64,000 nucleotides of DNA from a virus: positions 1-64,000 of IMG/VR virus record IMGVR_UViG_3300044535_000472. One strand, written 5' to 3'. A program made the translations under genes and the position numbers. Of this stretch, positions 25,742 to 34,639 are shown piece by piece. Below the pieces are notes generated by a model. That model ran no database searches. It saw nothing but the letters and a program-made list of their open reading frames with translations, and had not been told where the DNA came from. The number at the start of each line of letters is the position of its first letter. Positions within the stretch are counted from its first letter, which is position 1.

Positions 25742-26867
25742 CATTGATCAATTTAAGGTAGAAGAGACATATGTCTTGCCAGATGAATCTGGAAACATTA
25801 TAAGAGGCTGGGGACATCAAATACCAGCTAATATTGTAGATAAAACTAAAGAGTTAGATATTAACTCAATTAAAACTATATACTTTGCTCCCAAAGTAAA
25901 TGTACCTAGAGAAAGAGTAAGACCTTTCTTGGAAGAAAAAGGTATTAAGATTATTAGAGATGCTGCTAAGGCTGATGCAATTGTTGTATCCGATGATACT
26001 TATGACTATAACATTGATCGCTGGTGGGGTAATGCATGTAGTACAACATCTGTATTAAAATTCTTAAAGACTTTTAATGGTGCTATAAATACCAACCAAA
26101 TTATAGCTCAGATTGAAGCATATGTGAATGCAAGTGTGCTTGATTCTAACAAGGTAATCTTTGATATTAATTCTTTAAACACTGCCTACCAAAAACATAA
26201 CCCTAACTGTATTACACAAAGATTATCGTGGGGTACAAGTAGAAGTACTGTAAGCTATAATGATTTTGGTGGAGATAGAAATGCTGACCAAAGAGGTCAC
26301 ATATCTCAGGTTAAAGATTATTGTATCTATGACCCTGTATATACTTCTAGATGCTATGACCAAACAGCAATTCTTAAGCACCTTGGTGAAAATGTTATAG
26401 ATAAAGAATCATACGAGAGTCTTAAAACCATGTTCCAAAGTACTGATAAGAGTAATCATCTTATTGCTATGACTATTATGGCTAATGCTAACTATGAGCA
26501 AAGCTTTATGTACTTAGCATTCTTGCTAGAGGAGTTTGGCCGTCACCAAATCTATAATCATACTTATAGAAATACTGTAGGGTTTAAGTCTTTAACTAAG
26601 TGGATAGGGTATAGTAAATATCGTTTTGATAAAGACGCTATCCTAGAGATAAGCTTAGAGAAGAAGTTACTTACACATGAACTATTGGCTATTGCTAAGG
26701 AGTATTATCTCCAAGGAGCAAGCGCATTTAGTTCTCACTTTGAGGTAGCAGATATTAAGTTAAATGCTGAGACTCAAGAAAAGATTGATAAATACTTTAA
26801 AGAAAAAGAGAATGGTAACAGACTTCCAAGCGGAGGAGAACTTCTACAAGAAGAAGTATCACTTTAG
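25698..26867 (+). CDS. hypothetical protein with a BRCT-like domain and the shared helical motif (paralog B)
   Basis: IYFAPKVNVPRERVRPFLEEKGIKIIRDAAKADAIVV; IDKESYESLKTMFQSTDKSNHLIAMTIMANANY. Confidence 0.7.
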   Translation: MKKMQKVLYLEHQSNIDQFKVEETYVLPDESGNIIRGWGHQIPANIVDKTKELDINSIKTIYFAPKVNVPRERVRPFLEEKGIKIIRDAAKADAIVVSDDTYDYNIDRWWGNACSTTSVLKFLKTFNGAINTNQIIAQIEAYVNASVLDSNKVIFDINSLNTAYQKHNPNCITQRLSWGTSRSTVSYNDFGGDRNADQRGHISQVKDYCIYDPVYTSRCYDQTAILKHLGENVIDKESYESLKTMFQSTDKSNHLIAMTIMANANYEQSFMYLAFLLEEFGRHQIYNHTYRNTVGFKSLTKWIGYSKYRFDKDAILEISLEKKLLTHELLAIAKEYYLQGASAFSSHFEVADIKLNAETQEKIDKYFKEKENGNRLPSGGELLQEEVSL

Positions 26868-27801
26868 TTATTCGGGCTTAAACAAGTTATTGTTTAGTCC
26901 TAGATCATTTTATAATCATTACATCCTAAACCAAAGAGAGGACAAGATGGAGCAGCACCTAATTGAGGGTACGCTGCTTCACTGTCTTCTCCTAGAGGAG
27001 GATAAGTTTAATGAGAAGTTTGTATTATCTCCTAACAAGCTACCTGGGGACAGCGCTAAGAAAGTTCTTGACAAAGTATTCACTAGAGCCTTAATTGATG
27101 GCTATACTGAGCTATCTTTGGAAGACCTTTCTAATGATATCATAATGGTATTGCAAGAAATAAATCTTCATCAAAGTCTTAAGACTGATGAACAACGTGT
27201 AGAGAAAATGATAACTGAGGAAAACAAAAGTTATTATGACTTTCTACGCACTAAGGGTGACAAGCTTGTCATTGACAACGAGACCCTGGACAAAGTAAAG
27301 ATATCTGTAGATGAAGTAAAAGGTAATAGTAAAGCTTGGAGCTTGCTTGGTATCGGTAACCCGGATACAAAGAGCGAGGTGCCACTCCAGACTGATTTGC
27401 TTAACTATAACTTTGGACTTAAAGGTATAGTAGATAACATCCGTGTAGCCCACGATGAAAAAACTATCTACATCAATGACCTGAAAACTACAGGTAAAAT
27501 GATTCAGGATTTTCCTGAAACAGTAGAGTATTACAAGTACTGGTTGCAAGCTGCAGTGTACTGTAAATTAGTAAGAGCAAATAACCAAGAGTTAAATCCA
27601 GAGTTAAGTGATTACAAGATTAAGTTTCATTTCGTAGTGGTTGATAAGATTAACCAGTGTTACGCATTTGAAGTTAGTAAAGTAACACTTAACAAGTGGT
27701 TAGATGATCTAGACGACGTGTTAAAAATTGCGGCATATCATTATGATTCACGCAATTATGACTTACCTTATATGTATAAGGAAGGTAATGTAATCTTGTA
27801 A
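26812..27801 (+). CDS. PD-(D/E)XK exonuclease (RecE/Cas4-like fold)
   Basis: FSYSGL, GTLLHCLLLE, KGIVDN...INDLKTT, YWLQAAVY; ATG at 26812 preferred. Confidence 0.85.
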   Translation: MVTDFQAEENFYKKKYHFSYSGLNKLLFSPRSFYNHYILNQREDKMEQHLIEGTLLHCLLLEEDKFNEKFVLSPNKLPGDSAKKVLDKVFTRALIDGYTELSLEDLSNDIIMVLQEINLHQSLKTDEQRVEKMITEENKSYYDFLRTKGDKLVIDNETLDKVKISVDEVKGNSKAWSLLGIGNPDTKSEVPLQTDLLNYNFGLKGIVDNIRVAHDEKTIYINDLKTTGKMIQDFPETVEYYKYWLQAAVYCKLVRANNQELNPELSDYKIKFHFVVVDKINQCYAFEVSKVTLNKWLDDLDDVLKIAAYHYDSRNYDLPYMYKEGNVIL

Positions 27802-27814
27802 AACAATCATCTCA

Positions 27815-28384
27815 ATGATTAATAAATTGTATACTGATCAGTTCCAAAAGTCACGTGCATTTTTGTACCCACTTTTAGGAATAAGAAGAGGTGCTATTAT
27901 AACTCCTATGGAGACTTATGTCGCATGGGAGGATGAGTTTCTTGCAGAAGATAGGAAGCTTATATTAACATATCACCTAAGGGAAGATAAGGAGTTCTCA
28001 GATTTTGAGAAGTCTAAATTACTTGATAACAGTTTGTTGTGTGACTTTAGAGAAACAAACCATAAAGTTGGTGTATATATCTTCGACTATGAAGGTTTTG
28101 CCAATGATTGGGATTGTTTCCTTAAAGGTCATTACTCTAAGATGTCTGCTCCTGTTAAACGCAGGATACTAGATTTCTTTAAAAACAATCACAGTAATTA
28201 TAAATACTTAGAAAGTTATCTATACCCTGAAAAGTATTTTAAAACTTATGCAGAACTACTTGATGTACCTATTGAAGTACTACAAGAAGTTGGTGAACTT
28301 ACTAGTCCACCAGATATTGCTAAAGAAACTTTACGCCTAAAGGCTGAAGAACTAATTAATTTTAATATTTTTGAAAAAAAGTAA
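27815..28384 (+). CDS. hypothetical protein
   Basis: ORF track, 189 aa. Confidence 0.75.
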   Translation: MINKLYTDQFQKSRAFLYPLLGIRRGAIITPMETYVAWEDEFLAEDRKLILTYHLREDKEFSDFEKSKLLDNSLLCDFRETNHKVGVYIFDYEGFANDWDCFLKGHYSKMSAPVKRRILDFFKNNHSNYKYLESYLYPEKYFKTYAELLDVPIEVLQEVGELTSPPDIAKETLRLKAEELINFNIFEKK

Positions 28385-28387
28385 TTT

Positions 28388-28762
28388 ATGAATAACATGA
28401 TGTTGATCTCTTCTGGTACTAAAGAAGGAGATAAAACTTTTAAAATGATTCCGCTAACTGAGGAATGTGCTTATGTAGAGGGTATTTTCTATCCTGGTAA
28501 TAATATCTTAGCGCTTATTGGCGTAAACAAAAAAGATATTTTCCATATGATGCCTAAGTTAGATCCTAATGGTGATCCTGAATTCCGTAAGACTCCGTCT
28601 AAAGATGGTGTACCAGTTAAACAAGAGCGCCGTACTATTGAAACTTATCAAGAGTATTATTTAGAAGAACGTGCTGATATTGACGCATTCATTAAGTATT
28701 TTGCTATTAATGCAGATACTTTTAACTATGGTCAATACTTCAAAGAAGAACCTGCAGCATAA
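28388..28762 (+). CDS. hypothetical protein
   Basis: ORF track, 124 aa; TATTTTTG promoter-like element at 28366-73. Confidence 0.75.
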   Translation: MNNMMLISSGTKEGDKTFKMIPLTEECAYVEGIFYPGNNILALIGVNKKDIFHMMPKLDPNGDPEFRKTPSKDGVPVKQERRTIETYQEYYLEERADIDAFIKYFAINADTFNYGQYFKEEPAA

Positions 28763-28764
28763 AT

Positions 28765-28790
28765 GAGAGGGGGAGAAATCCCCCTTTCTT
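28765..28790 (+). terminator. intrinsic terminator-like hairpin
   Basis: GAGAGGGGGA-GAAA-TCCCCCTTTC then TT. Confidence 0.65.
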
Positions 28791-28823
28791 AACTTTATAC
28801 GGGGGGACAGCTTAACTGAACAA

Positions 28824-30821
28824 ATGTATATGAGACACTGGGTCATGGATTATGAAACCTTAACAAATTGTTTTGTTGCGGTATTCATACACTATAAAGA
28901 AGAAGAGCAAAGAGTATTTACAATACATAAATCTAAGAATGATTTTTATGCTCTGTGGAATTTCCTACATACATGTAAAGAAGATAATGAATGGCATGTA
29001 TCATTTAATGGTTTAGCATTTGACTCCCAAATCACTGAGTATATCCTTAAGCAAGGAGAACAACTTATTGATTTACCTGGGGAAGAAATAGCTAAGGCTA
29101 TATATAGGAAAGCCCAAAATGTAATTGAACGTAGTAATAATAATGAGTTCTCGGAGTATCCTGAGTGGAAGTTATCTATTCCACAAATTGATTTATATAA
29201 ACTAAATCACTGGGATAACAATGCTAAAAGATCTAGCCTTAAATGGATTGAGTATTCAATGGATTGGCATAACGTACAAGAGATGCCTATACATCATACT
29301 ACAGTTATTGAAACACAAGATCAAATAGATAGCATTATATCTTATTGTATTAACGACGTACTAGCAACTAAAAAGATCTTGCATATTAGCAAGGAGCAGA
29401 TTGCTTTACGGAAGAATCTTACTGAAGAATATAATGTTAATTTATATAGCGCATCTGAGCCGAGAATCTCTAAAGAGCTATTTGCTTTATTCTTATGTGA
29501 ATCGCTTGGTATGAAAAAAGCTGAGCTTAAATCACTAAGAACAAGAAGAGGAACAATTGCTGTTAAAGATATCATATTAGATTATGTAAAGTTTAACCGT
29601 AAGGAATTCCAAAATCTTCTTGAAAAGTTTAAAAGCCTTAATATTGATGCGAGCAATACCAAAGGTGCCTTCAAGTATACAATGACTCACAAAGGGGTTA
29701 AAACAGATTTTGGTTTTGGTGGTGTTCATGGTGCTACAAAAGCGGGTGTTTACAAAAGCCAGGATGGTATGATAATAATGACGTCTGACGTTACTAGTTT
29801 TTATCCTAATCTTGCTATCCGTAATAAGTGGTCGCCGGCACATTTACCAAAGAAGATTTTTTGCGATCAATATGAGTGGTTCTTTGAAGAAAGAAAGAAG
29901 ATACCCAAGAAAGATCCAAAGAATTATGTATATAAGATTATTCTTAATAGTACTTATGGTTTAAGTAATGATGAGAATAGCTTCCTATATGATCCTGAGT
30001 TTACTATGCGCATTACTATGAATGGTCAATTAAGTTTGATGATGTTATATGAAATGTTGTCTGAAGGTATTCCAGGTAGTATTCCGATTATGCAAAATAC
30101 AGATGGTCTTGAGATGATGATTCCTGAAACTTATAAGGAAAAGTATTTGGAGATCTGCGAAGAGTGGGAAAAGATAACCCAACTTCAGCTAGAGCATGAT
30201 CAATATGATAAGCTAATACTTGGTGATGTAAATAATTATATTGCAGTCTTTAGTCCTAAGGAGGTATCTATAGAAGACTGGGAAGCGTTGAAGAAAAAGA
30301 ATCCGCATTATGTTTTTAAACAGGATGGCGGAAAGTATTTCTATCAAGCTACTAAGTGTAAAGGTAGATTTGAGTTTACAGACCTAGCCTTACATAAGAA
30401 TAAAAGCTTCCTAGTAATACCAAAAGGTATTTATAATTATTTTGTACACGATGTTGTTCCTGAGCAATACATAAAAACCAATAGAAACATATTTGATTTC
30501 TGCGCCGGTGCCAAGATAAAAGGCGATTGGTATTTTATAGAGACATGCTTTAGGAATAATCAAAGGTATGATACTGAGTTACAGCATATTGTAAGATACT
30601 ATATATCTAATAGAGGTTGTAAGATAATCAAGCATAACAAAATAGATAAGCGCCAAATCCAGCTTGAGTCTGGTAAATGGATGCAAACTGTTTATAATGT
30701 ACATGAAGACAAACCTTGGAGCTCTTATGGTATTAATGAAGAGTATTATCTTCAGAATATCTATAAAGAAATAGAGCACATTACAAAAGCAAAGCAAAAT
30801 TCACAATTAAGTTTATTTTAA
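28824..30821 (+). CDS. polB: family B DNA polymerase
   Basis: ExoI MDYET, FNGLAFD; motif A SDVTSFYPN, motif B KIILNSTYG, motif C QNTDG. Confidence 0.93.
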   Translation: MYMRHWVMDYETLTNCFVAVFIHYKEEEQRVFTIHKSKNDFYALWNFLHTCKEDNEWHVSFNGLAFDSQITEYILKQGEQLIDLPGEEIAKAIYRKAQNVIERSNNNEFSEYPEWKLSIPQIDLYKLNHWDNNAKRSSLKWIEYSMDWHNVQEMPIHHTTVIETQDQIDSIISYCINDVLATKKILHISKEQIALRKNLTEEYNVNLYSASEPRISKELFALFLCESLGMKKAELKSLRTRRGTIAVKDIILDYVKFNRKEFQNLLEKFKSLNIDASNTKGAFKYTMTHKGVKTDFGFGGVHGATKAGVYKSQDGMIIMTSDVTSFYPNLAIRNKWSPAHLPKKIFCDQYEWFFEERKKIPKKDPKNYVYKIILNSTYGLSNDENSFLYDPEFTMRITMNGQLSLMMLYEMLSEGIPGSIPIMQNTDGLEMMIPETYKEKYLEICEEWEKITQLQLEHDQYDKLILGDVNNYIAVFSPKEVSIEDWEALKKKNPHYVFKQDGGKYFYQATKCKGRFEFTDLALHKNKSFLVIPKGIYNYFVHDVVPEQYIKTNRNIFDFCAGAKIKGDWYFIETCFRNNQRYDTELQHIVRYYISNRGCKIIKHNKIDKRQIQLESGKWMQTVYNVHEDKPWSSYGINEEYYLQNIYKEIEHITKAKQNSQLSLF

Positions 30822-30822
30822 A

Positions 30823-31785
30823 ATGAGTAAAAGAATTCCAACGGGTATTACCCGCGAGTATTTGGAGTCTGTAGCCCTGCCTAACCACGGTGGGCGCTAC
30901 ACTCCTATTAGCCACAAGTCTATTATAGATAAAGTTCATGAAGAACTTGCTACTCGTGGCTTTAATGTAGAAACAGAATTATACCGTGCAAGTATTGGCG
31001 GTAATGTTGCAAACGGGATGTATATCCTAGACCAAGGATCTGATCCTGATATGAAGATGATGTTTGTATGGGGTAACTCATATGACAAGTCTATGAGATT
31101 TAAGTGTGGTGTTGGTGTGTATATACCAAAAACTGGTAACTATATCTTTGCCGGTAACATTTCCAGTTATGCTAGAAAGCACACGGGTAAGGCTGATGAA
31201 GAAGCTATTGCTATGATTCAGACTCAACTTAACCAAGCTAATGCTCATTATACTGAGCTACTTGCGTCAAGAGACATGCTTGTAAATCATAAAGCTACAG
31301 TACGTACATATTCTGAATTAGTAGGTCGTATGTTTATTGAGAAAAATTGTCTTAATAAGGAGCAAGCATCTGCAGTAAGAGATCGCATTGTAAATGAAGT
31401 TGCACTATTGGACAACTTAGAGTGGGATAATGCATGGAACTTCTACAACTCTGTAGCTACATCTTTGCGTATGTCACACCCTAAAAATTGGTTTGAGGAC
31501 CAGTCTACATGCCACGAACTTATTAATGGTTATTTTAATCTAGTGGAGCTAACAAAACTCGGTGAAGAGTTAGAAGAGCGTGTTCTACAAGATTCTGTAC
31601 ATGAGGATGTACAAGATGTTGTACAAGAACCTACTAACCAACTGAATATTTTTGATGTTATTGAGGAAGTAGATGTAACACCTAAATTAAGTTCTCCTAC
31701 AGATGTTATTGTTGATGAAATTCCAGAAGAATTCTTTACCTTTGAAGAACCTGAAACAACAACATTTGAATTACCTGATCTATGA
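30823..31785 (+). CDS. DUF932-like protein
   Basis: YTPISHKSII, NSYDKS motifs and an acidic tail. Confidence 0.6.
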   Translation: MSKRIPTGITREYLESVALPNHGGRYTPISHKSIIDKVHEELATRGFNVETELYRASIGGNVANGMYILDQGSDPDMKMMFVWGNSYDKSMRFKCGVGVYIPKTGNYIFAGNISSYARKHTGKADEEAIAMIQTQLNQANAHYTELLASRDMLVNHKATVRTYSELVGRMFIEKNCLNKEQASAVRDRIVNEVALLDNLEWDNAWNFYNSVATSLRMSHPKNWFEDQSTCHELINGYFNLVELTKLGEELEERVLQDSVHEDVQDVVQEPTNQLNIFDVIEEVDVTPKLSSPTDVIVDEIPEEFFTFEEPETTTFELPDL

Positions 31786-32303
31786 CAAGAGAAGAGTTTA
31801 CTAAAAGAGTTGAAAAACGCATTGATCTAGTGCGCCAGACTCTATTAACTAAGCATAAGGAGTACGCTAAAGACGATAATGTATTCAGAAACTTTGATGA
31901 AGCTGCGGGGGGATTTTCCCTCCACAGCACATCAGCTGAAGTTCTCTGGAGTTATATGACTAAGCACTTGGTTTCTATTAAAGATATAGTCTCTGACAAT
32001 GTACCTGTTAACAATGCTGTAGTATCTGAAAAGATTGGAGATGTAATTAACTATCTTATCTTACTAGAGGCTATGCTGAATGAGAAATGTGAAAGACACT
32101 GTAAGCTTAAAGAAGCATATGATAAATACAAACTTTATAATAAAGATTCTGTAGATAGATTGTCTATGTGGACTAGTGACTACACTAAGAATACGGACAT
32201 GTTAGGTCTTGTTAAGATGACAGCTACTAATCCTATTAGTAAAGGTAGTGACTATGATGTAGATAAGGTAAAGTATAATACTAACGGAGATAAAGGATAT
32301 TAA
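31782..32303 (+). CDS. DUF1599-like (nucleotide-modification-associated, all-alpha NTP-PPase-like) protein
   Basis: KHKEYA...FRNF...KHL...EKIGDVINYLILL. Confidence 0.6.
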   Translation: MTREEFTKRVEKRIDLVRQTLLTKHKEYAKDDNVFRNFDEAAGGFSLHSTSAEVLWSYMTKHLVSIKDIVSDNVPVNNAVVSEKIGDVINYLILLEAMLNEKCERHCKLKEAYDKYKLYNKDSVDRLSMWTSDYTKNTDMLGLVKMTATNPISKGSDYDVDKVKYNTNGDKGY

Positions 32304-32686
32304 TGAAGAAGTTTATAGATATGGTAGCGGAATTCCATACCGCGTTTAACATGCCAGACCCACAAGATTACAAACAACTTACACAAGAACAATATGAGTT
32401 ACGTCACAGGCTCTTGGATGAAGAGAACAGGGAGTACCTTGAAGCTTGCGATGCTGATGACTTGGTGGGTATCGCTGATGCTCTTGGTGACCAGTTATAT
32501 ATTATTTACGGGACTATTCTTAAGCATGGCTTACAAGATAGGATTGAAGAAGTCTTCGCGGAGATTCACAGATCAAACATGAGTAAGCTAGATAAAAATG
32601 GAAAACCCATCCTCAGAGAAGATGGGAAGATCCTTAAAGGTGAGAATTACTTCAAACCTGATATCAAGAAAATACTAGGGGTTTAA
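32303..32686 (+). CDS. MazG-like/PRA-PH nucleotide pyrophosphohydrolase
   Basis: LLDEENREY, IADALGDQLY, EIHRSNMSK, GKILKG. Confidence 0.88.
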   Translation: MKKFIDMVAEFHTAFNMPDPQDYKQLTQEQYELRHRLLDEENREYLEACDADDLVGIADALGDQLYIIYGTILKHGLQDRIEEVFAEIHRSNMSKLDKNGKPILREDGKILKGENYFKPDIKKILGV

Positions 32687-32826
32687 CGACCTTGTCCTCT
32701 GTAAGCTTTCTTGTAGTTCTTACTAGACTTTAATCGACTAGTTTTAGTTTTTGCTATTACTCCAGGGCGACTAACCTTAGTTGCTCTCGGAGCATAGCTA
32801 TTCTTTGCATTTACAACTTTTGCCAT
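32683..32826 (-). CDS. small basic protein (47 aa)
   Basis: Translated by hand: MAKVVNAKNSYAPRATKVSRPGVIAKTKTSRLKSSKNYKKAYRGQGR. Confidence 0.7.
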   Translation of the reverse strand: MAKVVNAKNSYAPRATKVSRPGVIAKTKTSRLKSSKNYKKAYRGQGR

Positions 32827-32842
32827 TATTTTATATTTTCAA

Positions 32843-32989
32843 TTAAGATCCGCAATATAAACAACCGTCATCAGCATCTTCGCTGTCGCCTGCTAATATC
32901 TTTTTGCATTCAGCATCCACCTGGTCATCAGACCATTGTGGATGGAATGCTTTTACTTGAGCTCTAAGAAATTGGTAATCGTTATTCAT
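32843..32989 (-). CDS. small acidic protein ending CLYCGS (48 aa)
   Basis: Translated by hand: MNNDYQFLRAQVKAFHPQWSDDQVDAECKKILAGDSEDADDGCLYCGS; TAATG coupling to the upstream gene. Confidence 0.7.
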   Translation of the reverse strand: MNNDYQFLRAQVKAFHPQWSDDQVDAECKKILAGDSEDADDGCLYCGS

Positions 32990-33486
32990 TACTTTTTACC
33001 CATTTTCTTCATAGTCATTTTAGATTTAGGACTTGCTGCACCACCCATTTTTTTCTTCATGTTCATGACTCTATCAGAAGCTTTTTTACCAGCTGCATCC
33101 ATTTCACTTTTAACAGTTGGTAGGTTCATGTAAGGTCTAACAGTTTCTTGTATACTGAATAATCTTGGATTTATATCAGCACCTTCTGACTTATAAACTC
33201 TTTCTGCTGCAGCATTACCAGCTACTTTAGCAGCTTTTGCTTTTTCAGATGCTGACATTGATGCTATTCTTGATTCAAGTGCTTTTTTTGCCGAACTAGC
33301 TCCTGATTTTGCAGCAGTACTAGCTACTTTACCTTTAGTTACAGTACCCTTGTACTGATACTTTGCGGTACCACCTTTAGACATAACGCCTGCTACTTTA
33401 GTAGTTCCACCTTTTTTGTAACTAGCTGCTTGTCCAGCTCCTCCACTACGTGGATTACGTCCCATAGGACTTGAAATTTTTGCCAT
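32989..33486 (-). CDS. Lys/Ala/Ser-rich basic protein, putative DNA-binding core protein
   Basis: ATG at 33486 (MAKISSPMGR...); repeated KGG/MGG motifs; own promoter-like leader. Confidence 0.7.
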   Translation of the reverse strand: MAKISSPMGRNPRSGGAGQAASYKKGGTTKVAGVMSKGGTAKYQYKGTVTKGKVASTAAKSGASSAKKALESRIASMSASEKAKAAKVAGNAAAERVYKSEGADINPRLFSIQETVRPYMNLPTVKSEMDAAGKKASDRVMNMKKKMGGAASPKSKMTMKKMGKK

Positions 33487-33497
33487 TGTATTGTGTT

Positions 33498-33962
33498 TTA
33501 GTTTGTTATAATAAGAATACTTAATAAAAATACGGAGATTCCTCCGAATATCCAATTATTTTTTTTAGCTATACCAAGATTATCTTGTGATATCTTTAGG
33601 GAATCCCTGGTTCCTAAAAGGTTTGCATGTAGCTCTGCATTGTTATCCAGGCAATCTTTTGTTCTCTGGTTTGCATCATCGAGGAAACCGCTAATCTTTT
33701 TAATTTCGTATTCTTTATCAAGGATACGGAGCTCATGGGTTTTAATGATCTCGTCTTTTCTTGCAATACTTTTCTGCAGGTAGTCATAGTCCACAATAGA
33801 TTTAAGCAAGATCTCCTCTTGTTTATCTGTGAAGAAGACACCTTTGTTACCATTGTAGTTAATTCTTTGGGGAGTAAGCTGCCCATATACGGTCACGCTG
33901 CTCATCGGTTGCGTTAGGGATAATAGCAATAACAATATCCCGGTTACCCTTGTCTTTGTCAT
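33498..33962 (-). CDS. secreted coiled-coil protein with C-terminal TM helix, putative spanin-like
   Basis: N-terminal signal (GILLLLLSLTQ), coiled coil, C-terminal WIFGGISVFLLSILII; located in the lysis cassette. Confidence 0.55.
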   Translation of the reverse strand: MTKTRVTGILLLLLSLTQPMSSVTVYGQLTPQRINYNGNKGVFFTDKQEEILLKSIVDYDYLQKSIARKDEIIKTHELRILDKEYEIKKISGFLDDANQRTKDCLDNNAELHANLLGTRDSLKISQDNLGIAKKNNWIFGGISVFLLSILIITN

Positions 33963-34209
33963 CTTGTTGGTTTATTGTGTTTATGTGGTTAACTCTCTGA
34001 ATATCAACTATATGTAGGCTGTCTTGTAGTATCTTAAATTTTAAAGAGTCAATAGCAATACTATCTCTGATATCATCAGCATAAGACTTACGCTTGAGTT
34101 CTTCTATCTGAAGGTCCTTTACTTTATTCTTATACATAAGCAAACCTATAGAGCCCCCTATTATAAGTATAACAACTAATACAGCTATCTCACTGTACAG
34201 TTTCTTCAT
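33859..34209 (-). CDS. N-terminal TM coiled-coil protein, putative inner spanin
   Basis: MKKLYSEIAVLVVILIIGGSIGLL; overlaps the downstream gene; located in the lysis cassette. Confidence 0.55.
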   Translation of the reverse strand: MKKLYSEIAVLVVILIIGGSIGLLMYKNKVKDLQIEELKRKSYADDIRDSIAIDSLKFKILQDSLHIVDIQRVNHINTINQQDDKDKGNRDIVIAIIPNATDEQRDRIWAAYSPKN

Positions 34210-34471
34210 TTGCTGGCGTGTCATTTGTTTCTTCTTTAGGTTTAAATGGTATGTTCATCTTCTGAGTAAATACACCTTCAAGCATTGTTCCTACAAATAC
34301 CCCACCGCCTATAAACATAATAGTATTATACATGTACTCCGGGGTTTTGTATTCTGAGAATGTAGCTATCCATGCTAAAGCAGACCCTGTTATAATACAG
34401 TAGAGACCCACAAGTCTTTTAGAACTCTGGTCTCCGTCTTTACTTAATATAGATAGTACCCACTTTTTCAT
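34190..34471 (-). CDS. putative holin (two TM helices)
   Basis: SSKRLVGL + TM + TM + charged tail; adjacent to the endolysin. Confidence 0.7.
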   Translation of the reverse strand: MKKWVLSILSKDGDQSSKRLVGLYCIITGSALAWIATFSEYKTPEYMYNTIMFIGGGVFVGTMLEGVFTQKMNIPFKPKEETNDTPANEETVQ

Positions 34472-34638
34472 CTCTTTAATTCTTTAATAGTGTCATTGCA
34501 CTCTTCCAGTCTCTTAATTAACCTTTCTTTTTCAGCTTTGTCTCTCTTCCAATATTGCCATAAAATAAAACCCATTGCTAAGGTCATCACCCCTAGGGCA
34601 CCAAAGTCTATAAGTCTTTCTATAAACGCCTGTTCCAT
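34468..34638 (-). CDS. second holin-like protein (single TM, BhlA-like; 56 aa)
   Basis: Translated by hand: MEQAFIERLIDFGALGVMTLAMGFILWQYWKRDKAEKERLIKRLEECNDTIKELKR. Confidence 0.6.
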   Translation of the reverse strand: MEQAFIERLIDFGALGVMTLAMGFILWQYWKRDKAEKERLIKRLEECNDTIKELKR

Positions 34639-34639
34639 T

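Noticed and set aside
26812-27801. Cas4 as part of a CRISPR system
   Set aside because: No Fe-S cysteine cluster and no array; it fits a replication/recombination exonuclease.
28824-30821. Intein or intron in the DNA polymerase (also checked in DnaB and the RNAP)
   Set aside because: The catalytic motifs are contiguous at normal spacing; no intein C1/HN-C motifs or embedded endonuclease were seen.
1749-32582. Short antisense or out-of-frame track ORFs inside early genes (e.g. 1749-2018, 1832-2137, 3155-3508, 12881-13204, 22065-22370, 27244-27549)
   Set aside because: They are nested in well-supported genes, have shadow-ORF composition and carry no motifs.
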